64,000 bases of DNA from Bifidobacterium breve (GTDB lineage: Bacteria > Actinomycetota > Acidimicrobiia > Acidimicrobiales > Acidimicrobilacustridaceae). A program made the translations under genes and the position numbers. The notes below the pieces were generated by a model. It did no database searches, was not told the DNA's origin, and was given only the letters and a program-made list of their open reading frames with translations. Of the stretch, positions 55,801-63,421 are shown in pieces. Numbering within the stretch: position 1 is the stretch's first letter; the number at the start of each line of letters is the position of its first letter. The DNA lies in contig CAMAYJ010000004.1 of assembly GCA_945862505.1 (NCBI GenBank), positions 581-64,580 of the forward strand, in the 5' to 3' direction.

Positions 55801-56360
55801 TTGCCCTCGGTCGACATGAGGCGACGCTCGGACTTTTCCTTGCGCCGGCGGTACTTCAAAATGCCCGCGGCTTCTTCGATAATTGCCCGACGCTCTTCTG
55901 GTCGAGCGTTGAGCACCGCATCGATTTGGCCCTGCGAAACGATCACATGCTGCTGACGACCAACGCCACTATCGGAAAGAAGATCCTGGATGTCGAGGAG
56001 TCGACAAGGCACGCCGTTCAGCGCGTATTCACTGTCGCCCGAACGGAACAGCGTACGAGTGATCGTGACCTCACTGAACTCGATAGGGAGCATCCCCGAC
56101 GCGTTGTCGATGGTCAGGCTGACTTCAGCACGCCCGAGAGCAGCGCGCTTTGTCGTGCCAGCAAAAATCACATCGTCCATTTTTTGTGAACGAACAGCTG
56201 AGGGAGCTTGCGCGCCAAGCACCCAGCCGATGGCATCGACCACGTTGGATTTACCCGAACCATTCGGACCCACCACAACGGTGACGCCTGGTTCAAGATC
56301 AAGAGCTGTCGTATCGGCGAAGGACTTGAAGCCCTTCATCGTGAGTCGTTTCAGATACAT
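52899..56360 (-). CDS. smc: Chromosome segregation protein SMC
   Basis: GFKSFAD, GPNGSGKSN, coiled coils, hinge, LSGGE and DEVEAALD. Confidence 0.97.
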   Translation of the reverse strand: MYLKRLTMKGFKSFADTTALDLEPGVTVVVGPNGSGKSNVVDAIGWVLGAQAPSAVRSQKMDDVIFAGTTKRAALGRAEVSLTIDNASGMLPIEFSEVTITRTLFRSGDSEYALNGVPCRLLDIQDLLSDSGVGRQQHVIVSQGQIDAVLNARPEERRAIIEEAAGILKYRRRKEKSERRLMSTEGNLTRLQDLLREVRRQLRPLERQADAARRHAGVVSELTALRIFIAGRELAGLRTRLGNGMRGRAELSSEEERLRRSLAELDAQIMSVEAELTAMGGDDLGDGLASYESLFQQARGLSAVLTERRRGLDRLRGASIDQGVVASLEAEAARLATELSEVEAEAEGFAPLVAELASAEELLAAERLAFEEQWSTGIPAPTGAAAEVRGELAALRTASGRAREERDRIATRATALAEKAAQLLTETESLRGQLIELESAELPLVESMEAAESRRSQAESAVEVAESVHRSAESEQHAWRARVEALALALDEARSRAGTERLAGIDGVLGTVLDLVEIDAGWESAFEAAVGEALAAVVVDGVASGRRALEALSAESLSGAVLALGAERSARTAPPIGAPLRGHVRARRPDVEPLLDALLGSAVVIDGGWVQAVDASLAYPDAIVVTNSGDRFGVSGWRVGSSGAGATGAALDDATRRAEEAEVRASDAALVLEAARKDLSEAAAVEAALARDLDVNDSRLTAAGDRLQRAETDRRDAATEAEALNDHLVELSDRVTREDARIAELEGLLPELEAADNELAASARRMAESRSRLEEQAAEVGSRRSDLEVRSVAVVERRQFLTGRLSEVETRLDGAAAEREAAEARRLELDRTQIALDRLSVLVQNRSSLIEGRLSDFRERRRQQSEAARGVASRLDGLRRQRSEQERGLGEVRERLQRAEIDHAEIEMRIEAAVEALRRDLDCEPDVAIASECPELAEGATAAGRARELERDLRLMGPINPLALEEFDALQERHTFLEQQLEDVKESRRELAKVIRAIDGEIVSVFAAAFADVAANFEALFQTLFPGGEGRLKLTEPDNLLLTGIEVEAKPSGKNVRKLSLLSGGERSLTALAYLFAVFRSRPSPFYVMDEVEAALDDMNLSRFLGLVAEFRNDAQLVIVSHQKRTMEAADCLYGVSMQSGGSSKVVSEKVSS

Positions 56361-57196
56361 CAGACCTGACAGACCTCGCAGTAGAAGGTGGACCGGCTCG
56401 CAACCTTTGTCTTGACAATGTCGTTACGACGACACCGGCGACATGGCTGCTTGTCTCGGTTGTACACCTGATGATGGCTTTGGTAATCGCCGGCCTTCCC
56501 GAACAGATCGACATATTGCCCATCGCTCAGGGTGGAACCGTTGTACTTAATTGCTTCGTGTAAAATCTCTACTAACGAGCGATAAAGGCGACGAATTTCC
56601 TGCGTCGTAAGTGAACCGGTTTCACGATCAAAACGAAGGCCCGAATCGAAGAGGATCTCGTCAGCGTAGATATTTCCGATACCAGCGATCATTGACTGAT
56701 CGGTGAGGAATGCCTTGAGTGACTGGCTCTTCGAACGAAGGAGGTGACCGAAGTCGACCCACGACATCGGTGTTTCGACGGGATCAACCCCGAGGCTCGA
56801 AAGCTCTTCGATTTCAGACGTGATTTCGTCTGGAGTTGCAAGAAACATTTCGCCAAACGTCCGCGGATCGACGAACCGAAGTTGGCCACCTTGCGTGAAA
56901 GTGATCGTCACGTGCGTGTGCTTCTCGACTGGATCCTTGATTGCGTTGCGACGCAATTGACCTGACATACGCAGATGCACCACAAGCACCTGCCCGTTGT
57001 CGAGTGGCATCAGGAGATATTTTCCCTTGCGCTGCGAACCGGTAATTTTGGCGCCTTCAAGGCCAGAAACAAATTCTGAGGGGGTCTGTCGTTTGATCGA
57101 CTTTTTCCCGACCGTTTCCACGGTCTTCACCTTGCGACCGACAACTTCTTTTTCAAGTTCGCGACGAATAGTTTCTACTTCGGGCAATTCAGGCAT
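56360..57196 (-). CDS. mutM: Formamidopyrimidine-DNA glycosylase
   Basis: MPELPEVE, HLRMSG, DPRTFG, GIGNIYADE and a C-terminal CxxC...CxxC Zn finger. Confidence 0.96.
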   Translation of the reverse strand: MPELPEVETIRRELEKEVVGRKVKTVETVGKKSIKRQTPSEFVSGLEGAKITGSQRKGKYLLMPLDNGQVLVVHLRMSGQLRRNAIKDPVEKHTHVTITFTQGGQLRFVDPRTFGEMFLATPDEITSEIEELSSLGVDPVETPMSWVDFGHLLRSKSQSLKAFLTDQSMIAGIGNIYADEILFDSGLRFDRETGSLTTQEIRRLYRSLVEILHEAIKYNGSTLSDGQYVDLFGKAGDYQSHHQVYNRDKQPCRRCRRNDIVKTKVASRSTFYCEVCQV

Positions 57197-57914
57197 CGTG
57201 CTGCCCACTCTCATGGTTGGGGACGGTCACCGTTGACAGAAAGTTGAGCGCGGCCTGCGCTGCGGCCTGTTCGGCGACCTTCTTTGATCGACCCTCACCC
57301 TCACCGATGACGTTGCCGTCGATCGAAACGCGAGCAGAGAATCGTTTCTCGTGATCGGGACCTTCGGCCCCGAGTTCATACATCGGCGCAGCGGAAAAGC
57401 GCCGCGCTGTGAGTTCTTGAAGTTGCGACTTGAAATCGCCATCGCCAGGTTCTTCAGCCGCAGCAGCGATCGATGCTCCGAAGAGACCGAGGACCACATC
57501 TCGAGCGGCATCAATTCCGCCATCGACATACACAGCGCCGATGATGGCCTCCAGAGCGTCAGACAGGATGGATGCTTTCGACCGACCACCACTGGCATCT
57601 TCACCCTTGCCGAGGCGAACCGCCTCGCCCACGCCAAGGTCGCCGGCGATTTTGGCTAGTGTTGGTTCGCTCACAACTGCTGACCGAACTTTGGCCAGGA
57701 GCCCTTCGGACATCTCAGGGCGACTGGTGAAGAGGTAATCAGTCACCACAACACCAAGAACAGCATCGCCAAGGAATTCAAGTCGTTCATTCGATGCCGT
57801 GTGGCCGGTTTCAAAACACCAGGACCGATGTGTGAGCGCGAGCGTTAAAGGCCCGGGATCGGAGAACCCGTAACCCAGACGTTCGACCAGCTCGGCAACT
57901 GCGTCGGTGCTCAG
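57189..57914 (-). CDS. rnc: Ribonuclease III (probable CTG start)
   Basis: The frame extends upstream of the ORF-track start: LSTDAVAELVERLGYGFSDPGPLTLALTHRSW...NERLEFLGDAVL, then DALEAIIGA and a dsRBD (DFKSQLQE, GPDH, KKVAEQ). Confidence 0.93.
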   Translation of the reverse strand: MSTDAVAELVERLGYGFSDPGPLTLALTHRSWCFETGHTASNERLEFLGDAVLGVVVTDYLFTSRPEMSEGLLAKVRSAVVSEPTLAKIAGDLGVGEAVRLGKGEDASGGRSKASILSDALEAIIGAVYVDGGIDAARDVVLGLFGASIAAAAEEPGDGDFKSQLQELTARRFSAAPMYELGAEGPDHEKRFSARVSIDGNVIGEGEGRSKKVAEQAAAQAALNFLSTVTVPNHESGQHDA

Positions 57915-57918
57915 GGCC

Positions 57919-58209
57919 TCAGCCCAGCTTCGCCATGACGTAATCGATGGCGTCGCGCACGGTCTTCAGATCGGCGAGATCTTCGTCCTCGATGCGGAAT
58001 CCGACGCTGCGCTCGCCCAGTTCTTCTTCAAGGGCTTCGACCAATTCAATAAGCGCAAGGCTGTCGGCGTCGAGGTCATCGGCGAAGGAATCGCCCTCGT
58101 TAATGGCAGTGGGCTCGGTCTCGAGGATGTCGGCTAACCGGTCTCGGACCAGATTCAGCACGAACTCTCGGTCGATGGGGCCTTGTTCGACATGGGTCTC
58201 AGCGGGCAC
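57919..58209 (-). CDS. acpP: Acyl carrier protein
   Basis: DDLDADSLALIELV (Ppant Ser) and LKTVRDAIDY. Confidence 0.93.
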   Translation of the reverse strand: MPAETHVEQGPIDREFVLNLVRDRLADILETEPTAINEGDSFADDLDADSLALIELVEALEEELGERSVGFRIEDEDLADLKTVRDAIDYVMAKLG

Positions 58210-58317
58210 AACGGTCTCCTCGGACGAAAACGGAACGTCCGGATCGTACCGGAATCAAACTTTGCCCGCTTGTGAAAACCGCAGGTCGGAACCACATCCG
58301 ACCAGCACCGCTTCAGG

Positions 58318-59313
58318 TCAGTCGGCGGGACGGACGGTGGCGGCAATATGGCCGACCACATCGGCAGTCACCATGTCAGCAGCCACACGAATGGCGTTCA
58401 CCATCGCTCGGTCCGACGAGGATCCGTGGCTAATGATGCACACACCATCGACTCCGAGAAGCATCGCTCCACCGGTGTTCTCTGGATCGAGAGAGTCATA
58501 CAACGGAAGAAGTGAGGGCCACAGAACTGCTGCAGCAGCGCGTGCTTCGTCAGAAGAATCGAATGCAGCGAGAAGCGAGTTGATGATCGACTTCAGCGAA
58601 CCTTCAAGAGTCTTGAGTGCAACGTTTCCGGTGAAGCCATCGGTGACTACAACGTCGACATCGTCGGTCATGATGTCGCGACCTTCAACATTACCGATGA
58701 ACTGTGCGCCGGTTGCACCGATCCAAGAACCTTCGGCCAACAACTTGTGCGTCTCTTTGACGAGCGGATTGCCTTTCGTGGGCTCTTCGCCAATCGAGAG
58801 CAAACCAACACGCGGAGACGCGATCTCGAAACGTTGTTTCGCGAACACCGCACCCATTTGCGCGAACTGAACGAGCCACTCGGCGCTGCACTCGGCATTC
58901 GCCCCGGCGTCGAGCAAGACCGTGGGAGTGTCGGCACCTGGAACAGGAATCGGCGTTGCAATTGCAGGCCTTTGCACGCCTTTAATACGCCCCATACGCA
59001 ACAACGCGCTCGCCATTGTGGCGCCAGTATTTCCTGCACTCACCATCGCTGATGCTTTTCCATCGCGCACAGCTTCGGCGGCGCGAACAAGCGATGAATC
59101 TTTCATCTTGCGAACACTTGATCCGGCGTCGGCATCCATTTCGATGACTTCGGATGCTTCGATGACTTCTAGACCGCCCGTATCGCCAAGTTCAGCGGCG
59201 CGTCCGACCAAGACAACGGGAATACCAAGTTCCTCAACTGCACGGCGCGCGCCGGCGACGATTGCAGTGGGAGCGTTGTCGCCCCCCATGGCATCAACAG
59301 CGATGGGAAGCAT
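58318..59313 (-). CDS. plsX: Phosphate acyltransferase PlsX
   Basis: IAVDAMGGDNAP, SAGNTGA, RPAI, LDAGAN, GEEPTKGN, GNVEG and TDGFTGN. Confidence 0.96.
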   Translation of the reverse strand: MLPIAVDAMGGDNAPTAIVAGARRAVEELGIPVVLVGRAAELGDTGGLEVIEASEVIEMDADAGSSVRKMKDSSLVRAAEAVRDGKASAMVSAGNTGATMASALLRMGRIKGVQRPAIATPIPVPGADTPTVLLDAGANAECSAEWLVQFAQMGAVFAKQRFEIASPRVGLLSIGEEPTKGNPLVKETHKLLAEGSWIGATGAQFIGNVEGRDIMTDDVDVVVTDGFTGNVALKTLEGSLKSIINSLLAAFDSSDEARAAAAVLWPSLLPLYDSLDPENTGGAMLLGVDGVCIISHGSSSDRAMVNAIRVAADMVTADVVGHIAATVRPAD

Positions 59314-59328
59314 GAAGACCCCTCGGGA

Positions 59329-59508
59329 TCAGTCGACGTCGAGGGCCTGGCGGCCGTTGTACCAACCGCAGTTGCCACACACGACGTGCGGACGCTTCAC
59401 GGCACCGCAACGCGGGCAGGTGCTACGAGCCGGGGTCACGATGCGCCACGCTGAGGCACGACGGCTGCGGCTCTTGGACTTCGAGGTCTTCTTCTTGGGT
59501 ACGGCCAT
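59329..59508 (-). CDS. rpmF: 50S ribosomal protein L32 (Zn-binding form)
   Basis: MAVPKKKTSKSK...CPRC...PHVVCGNCGWY. Confidence 0.96.
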   Translation of the reverse strand: MAVPKKKTSKSKSRSRRASAWRIVTPARSTCPRCGAVKRPHVVCGNCGWYNGRQALDVD

Positions 59509-59583
59509 GGTCGTTCCTGATTCGGGGGGCGGCACACAGAGCCGCTCGCGGGACCGGGGGGTGCCCCGGGCAGACGGAGGACT

Positions 59584-60126
59584 CTACTCGCCGGACTCCT
59601 CTGGTTCGAAGTCCAGATCTGCGAGGGCCGCCCAGCGGGGGTCCGAGACGGGTCCGGGGCCAGTGTCGCCATCGGTTTCGTCCACCTCAATCACACTGCC
59701 GGTGGGGAACGTTTCAGGGGCTGGACCACGACATTCCTCGTCGCACAGTGGCGCCAAGGGCAGAGCCAGGAGGACTGCATCGCGCACCATCGGCTCCAGA
59801 TTCACCGTGTCGTCAGCCATGGCGTAGGTCTCACCCTCGACCGGTCGAGGTTCAAAAATTTCACGCACCTTGGCCACAGAACGGCTTTGCACTGGCTGCA
59901 AGCAACGCCGGCACTCCCCTTCCCACGGGGTCGTAATGGTGCCCGTGGCGACCAGGCCATTACTCAGCGATTCGAGTTCAAGCTCGACATCGATCGACGC
60001 GCCTTCAGGAACCGAAGCCGACGAGATAGCCAGTCCCGAAAGCGCGACGGATTCTTTGAACTGACGGCGAGTCCCCGGATTTCGACGGAGATCGGCGATG
60101 CCGACCACCAGAGGCCGAAAGGTCAT
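59584..60126 (-). CDS. yceD: YceD/DUF177 family protein
   Basis: ECRRCL, PLAPLCDEECRG and DPRWAAL. Lies upstream of rpmF. Confidence 0.92.
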   Translation of the reverse strand: MTFRPLVVGIADLRRNPGTRRQFKESVALSGLAISSASVPEGASIDVELELESLSNGLVATGTITTPWEGECRRCLQPVQSRSVAKVREIFEPRPVEGETYAMADDTVNLEPMVRDAVLLALPLAPLCDEECRGPAPETFPTGSVIEVDETDGDTGPGPVSDPRWAALADLDFEPEESGE

Positions 60127-60129
60127 CGA

Positions 60130-61017
60130 CTACGAAATGTCCTGATCAAAGAAATTCGCGGCGGCATCGCGGATCGTTTGGGTCGGATGATTTGACGACG
60201 GCGGAGGAGGAAGGTCCGAATAGCGATCGTCGACAACGGTCAGACGCGGACGTTCTTCGTACTCATCGTCGAAGGGAAGCGACCCTTCATCCCACGAGTC
60301 AGCCTCGGCGTTCACCATGCCCTCATCGTCATGGAGCGCGGGTGCACCATCGAGTTGAGAAAGTTCGTCGTAGACCGAAGATGGCGCTGGCGGCGCACTG
60401 AAGTCATCAGACATGACACTGCCATCGTCGTAATCCGGAGGTCCTTCGACGCCGTGTTCCGCTGCAGCTGCTGCCTCGGCGAGGAGGTTGGTTCCCTGCA
60501 ACTTGGCCCGACCAGCACCAACAAGTTTCTGAGTGCGTTCCAACACGATTTCGAAACTGGCAAGTTTCTGATCGCAGAAATCTTCAACCTCATGACGAAG
60601 TCGACGTGCATCGGCTTGAGCGGCATCGACGATGTCATAGGCCCGTTGTTCTGCGGCCTTTACGACCTCTGTGCGTTGCACCATCCGCTCTGCTCGGGTC
60701 CGGGCTTGTTCAATGAGGTCATCGGCCTCGTGACGAGTCCTGGCAAGGAATTCTTCACGTTCTTTGAGTAGCCAACGTGCCGCACGAAGCTCTTCGGGGA
60801 GCGACTCGAGCGCTTCATCGACGAGCCTGAGTACTTCGTCTTTCGAGATCATTGATGATGCGGACAACGGAACATCGCGCGCGTTTTCGATCATGTCGCG
60901 CAGAGTCAAAAGCAGGTCTTCGGTTTCGGCGGGGTGATACTGCGCGCCCACCGAGGGAGGTGTGAGATCGATCTCGATGTCTTGATCGTCGAATATGGGG
61001 TTGTCGTAGTGACTCAC
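60130..61017 (-). CDS. SepIVA/Rv2927c-like coiled-coil protein with an acidic C-terminal extension
   Basis: ENARDVPLSAS...LPEELRAARWLLKERE and ARRLRHEVEDFCDQKL. Conserved position between coaD and yceD. Confidence 0.8.
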   Translation of the reverse strand: MSHYDNPIFDDQDIEIDLTPPSVGAQYHPAETEDLLLTLRDMIENARDVPLSASSMISKDEVLRLVDEALESLPEELRAARWLLKEREEFLARTRHEADDLIEQARTRAERMVQRTEVVKAAEQRAYDIVDAAQADARRLRHEVEDFCDQKLASFEIVLERTQKLVGAGRAKLQGTNLLAEAAAAAEHGVEGPPDYDDGSVMSDDFSAPPAPSSVYDELSQLDGAPALHDDEGMVNAEADSWDEGSLPFDDEYEERPRLTVVDDRYSDLPPPPSSNHPTQTIRDAAANFFDQDIS

Positions 61018-61493
61018 GATCGATACTTCTCCTGAAGTCGTTTGGCCACGGCGGGCGGCACCATGGCCGTCACGTCGCCACCGAAGCGGGTGATCTCTCG
61101 CAACAACTTGGACGCAAGGAACGAATTCCCCGAGGCCGATGGAATGAACAGTGTGTCCACTCCGGAAACCTTGTGATTCATCTGTGCCATCTGGAGTTCG
61201 CTCTCGAAGTCTGAAACGGCACGTAGACCCTTCACGATGAAATCGGCATCCATCTCTTTGGCAAGGTCAACTACAAGCGATGCGAACATCGTGACCTTCA
61301 CATTGCCAAGAGGAGCAACCGATTCCTCGAGCATCTCGCGCCGTTCTTCGAGAGAGAACAGGGGTTCGCCCTTTTGCGGATTGCGCATGGCGGCGACGAT
61401 GACTTCGTCAAAGAGACGCGACGCAGTCGCGATGATCTCAAGGTGACCGTTATGGATCGGGTCGAACGATCCCGGGTAAAGCACTCGGGTCAC
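61014..61493 (-). CDS. coaD: Phosphopantetheine adenylyltransferase
   Basis: YPGSFDPIHNGH, VKGLR, DFESE and LASKLLRE. Start GTG 61493. Confidence 0.96.
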   Translation of the reverse strand: MTRVLYPGSFDPIHNGHLEIIATASRLFDEVIVAAMRNPQKGEPLFSLEERREMLEESVAPLGNVKVTMFASLVVDLAKEMDADFIVKGLRAVSDFESELQMAQMNHKVSGVDTLFIPSASGNSFLASKLLREITRFGGDVTAMVPPAVAKRLQEKYRS

Positions 61494-62065
61494 GGAGACT
61501 CCGGACTGTCGGGGGGCAGCAGGACGCTTACGAGCGTACCCCCGTACCTCTTCTCCTTTTGTGCATCCCACCCTTTTGGAACTGCGAGAGGACGCGCCGA
61601 TTCGGCAACGACGACTCCTCCCGCAGCAATGATGCCAACAAAGCTGAGAACTTCTGACCAGAGGTCATCTCCGGCGGCATAAGGCGGATCGATAAGAACG
61701 AGATCAAATCGCGAATGTTCTAAACCTGCAGAAGTGGACACCTGACGCAGCCAAGTCACTGCGTCTTGCGGCGCCACAATTGACTGGTCGACGAAACCGG
61801 TTGTCACAAGGTTGGTCGCGATCGCCTTCCGTGCATCTCGTCCGGTATCAACAAACACGCAAGAAAGAGCACCTCGCGACAAGGCTTCGATCCCAAGGGC
61901 TCCTGAGCCCGCATAGAGGTCGAGCACCTTTGCGCCATCGACTGCGCCAAGACTGACAAGTGAATTGAACATGGCTTCGCGCACCCGATCAAGGGTGGGA
62001 CGGGTATCGCTCCCTTCCGGAGCGATCAATCGACGTCCTCCTGCTTCACCGGCCACAACCCTCAT
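61490..62065 (-). CDS. rsmD: 16S rRNA m2G966 methyltransferase
   Basis: MRVVAG, TRPTLDRVREAMF, LDLYAGSGALGIEALSRGA and DPPY. Confidence 0.95.
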   Translation of the reverse strand: MRVVAGEAGGRRLIAPEGSDTRPTLDRVREAMFNSLVSLGAVDGAKVLDLYAGSGALGIEALSRGALSCVFVDTGRDARKAIATNLVTTGFVDQSIVAPQDAVTWLRQVSTSAGLEHSRFDLVLIDPPYAAGDDLWSEVLSFVGIIAAGGVVVAESARPLAVPKGWDAQKEKRYGGTLVSVLLPPDSPESP

Positions 62066-62088
62066 GACGGCGACCGTACCCTGTGAAC

Positions 62089-62265
62089 ATGGAAGCCGAA
62101 CTCGGAATGACCTGCGTCGACTGCGGAGGCACCCTTCACCCCTTGTCCTACCCACCCGAAGAGGGTTGGGAACCTGGAGATGTGGTGGCCTACCGATGCC
62201 CCGACTGCAACGAACGATTCGACATCGTTCTCGGCGATCCCCCCGACGACGACGATCGCTACTGA
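62089..62265 (+). CDS. Small Zn-ribbon protein (58 aa)
   Basis: CVDC...YRCPDC with an acidic tail. Followed 14 nt later by a co-oriented gene. Confidence 0.72.
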   Translation: MEAELGMTCVDCGGTLHPLSYPPEEGWEPGDVVAYRCPDCNERFDIVLGDPPDDDDRY

Positions 62266-62279
62266 CCTACGGTCGCGCC

Positions 62280-62714
62280 ATGGGCATCGACGCTGACGTT
62301 CACAATCTTGTTGGTCGCTATTGCGACGCAGTGCTGCGCGTTGACATCGCTGAATTCGCGAATGCGTGGACGGAAGACGCTCGTTGGCTCATTCCTGGCG
62401 ACGGAGTCATCGAAGGACGCGATGCCATCACCGCAACCTTCGAAGAGATCCGTCCCTCGTATCGACAATGCGTCCAAGAAATTCTTAACGGCACCATTTC
62501 ATATGTCGACGGCGACAACGCAAGCGCCCGCTGGCAGATCCGCGAACTTCAGTGGCGTGAAGACGGAACGGTGAGTGAACTCATCGGCGTGTACCACGAC
62601 GTCATGGCCCGAGACCTTGACGGCGTATTGCGATTCACTCAACGCGATTTCGAATTGATTTACAGCGGTCCGATCGATGGAAGCGGAAAACTCCGTTCAC
62701 CGCGCAAGTTGTAA
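62280..62714 (+). CDS. SnoaL-like / NTF2 family protein
   Basis: LVGRYCDAV, WTEDARW, EGRDAI and GVYHDV. Start ATG 62280. Confidence 0.85.
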   Translation: MGIDADVHNLVGRYCDAVLRVDIAEFANAWTEDARWLIPGDGVIEGRDAITATFEEIRPSYRQCVQEILNGTISYVDGDNASARWQIRELQWREDGTVSELIGVYHDVMARDLDGVLRFTQRDFELIYSGPIDGSGKLRSPRKL

Positions 62715-62732
62715 CCCGTCGACCTCAAGCGT

Positions 62733-63398
62733 TTAATCGAGAAGTGCCACGAGGATGTCGGCGAGTTCTGCGGGACGTGCCACCATCGGCGAATGATCGC
62801 CGGGCATCTCGACCACATCGGCACCCATACGTTCGGCCACCGCGCGCTGACCATCGACCAAAAGAATCGGATCGTCTTTACAGACGACATAGGTACTTGG
62901 CCTTGAACGCCATGCCGCCTTTTCAACAACGACATTCCCGCCTGTATTTCCAGAACGAAGTTTGGTTGCCCAACGAGCGGCCTCTTCGGGATCAATGTCG
63001 GGGTAGAAGACCTGCGCAGCGAACTCGGGGTCGATGAACGGAAACCCGTCGTCATCAACACGCATGGTGGTGAGGAATTGCTCGCCGATTGTCATTGGTC
63101 CGCCGCTGCCCAACTCACCTGCGTCGGGCCCGAGTGCGGTGAGATATACCAGCCGTTCCACCGATGAGTGATTGCCGGCCACGGTGACAACCGCGCCGCC
63201 ATAGGAATGACCAAGAAGAATGACGGGACCATCGAGGCCATCAAGCACGGCAGTGACAGCGGCAGCATCTTCGGTGAGATCCGTGAGCGGAAGATCCACC
63301 AGCGCGGTTTTCACACCGCGAGCGTCAAGCTCTGTAACGAGTGCCTCGAAACACCAACTGCCGTGAAATGCGCCATGAGTAAGAACGATCGTTGTCAT
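62733..63398 (-). CDS. Alpha/beta hydrolase
   Basis: VLTHGAFHG, GHSYGG, DDP and GDHSPM. Confidence 0.9.
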   Translation of the reverse strand: MTTIVLTHGAFHGSWCFEALVTELDARGVKTALVDLPLTDLTEDAAAVTAVLDGLDGPVILLGHSYGGAVVTVAGNHSSVERLVYLTALGPDAGELGSGGPMTIGEQFLTTMRVDDDGFPFIDPEFAAQVFYPDIDPEEAARWATKLRSGNTGGNVVVEKAAWRSRPSTYVVCKDDPILLVDGQRAVAERMGADVVEMPGDHSPMVARPAELADILVALLD

Positions 63399-63421
63399 GG
63401 CCGCACATTAGGGCCGACCGC

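Noticed and set aside
51344-59827. Long alternative-frame or antisense ORFs (51344-52297, 52995-53843, 57947-58870, 58922-59827)
   Set aside because: They overlap DUF58/VWA, smc, acpP/plsX and rpmF/yceD and show no motifs; this is typical stop-poor shadow of GC-rich codon usage.
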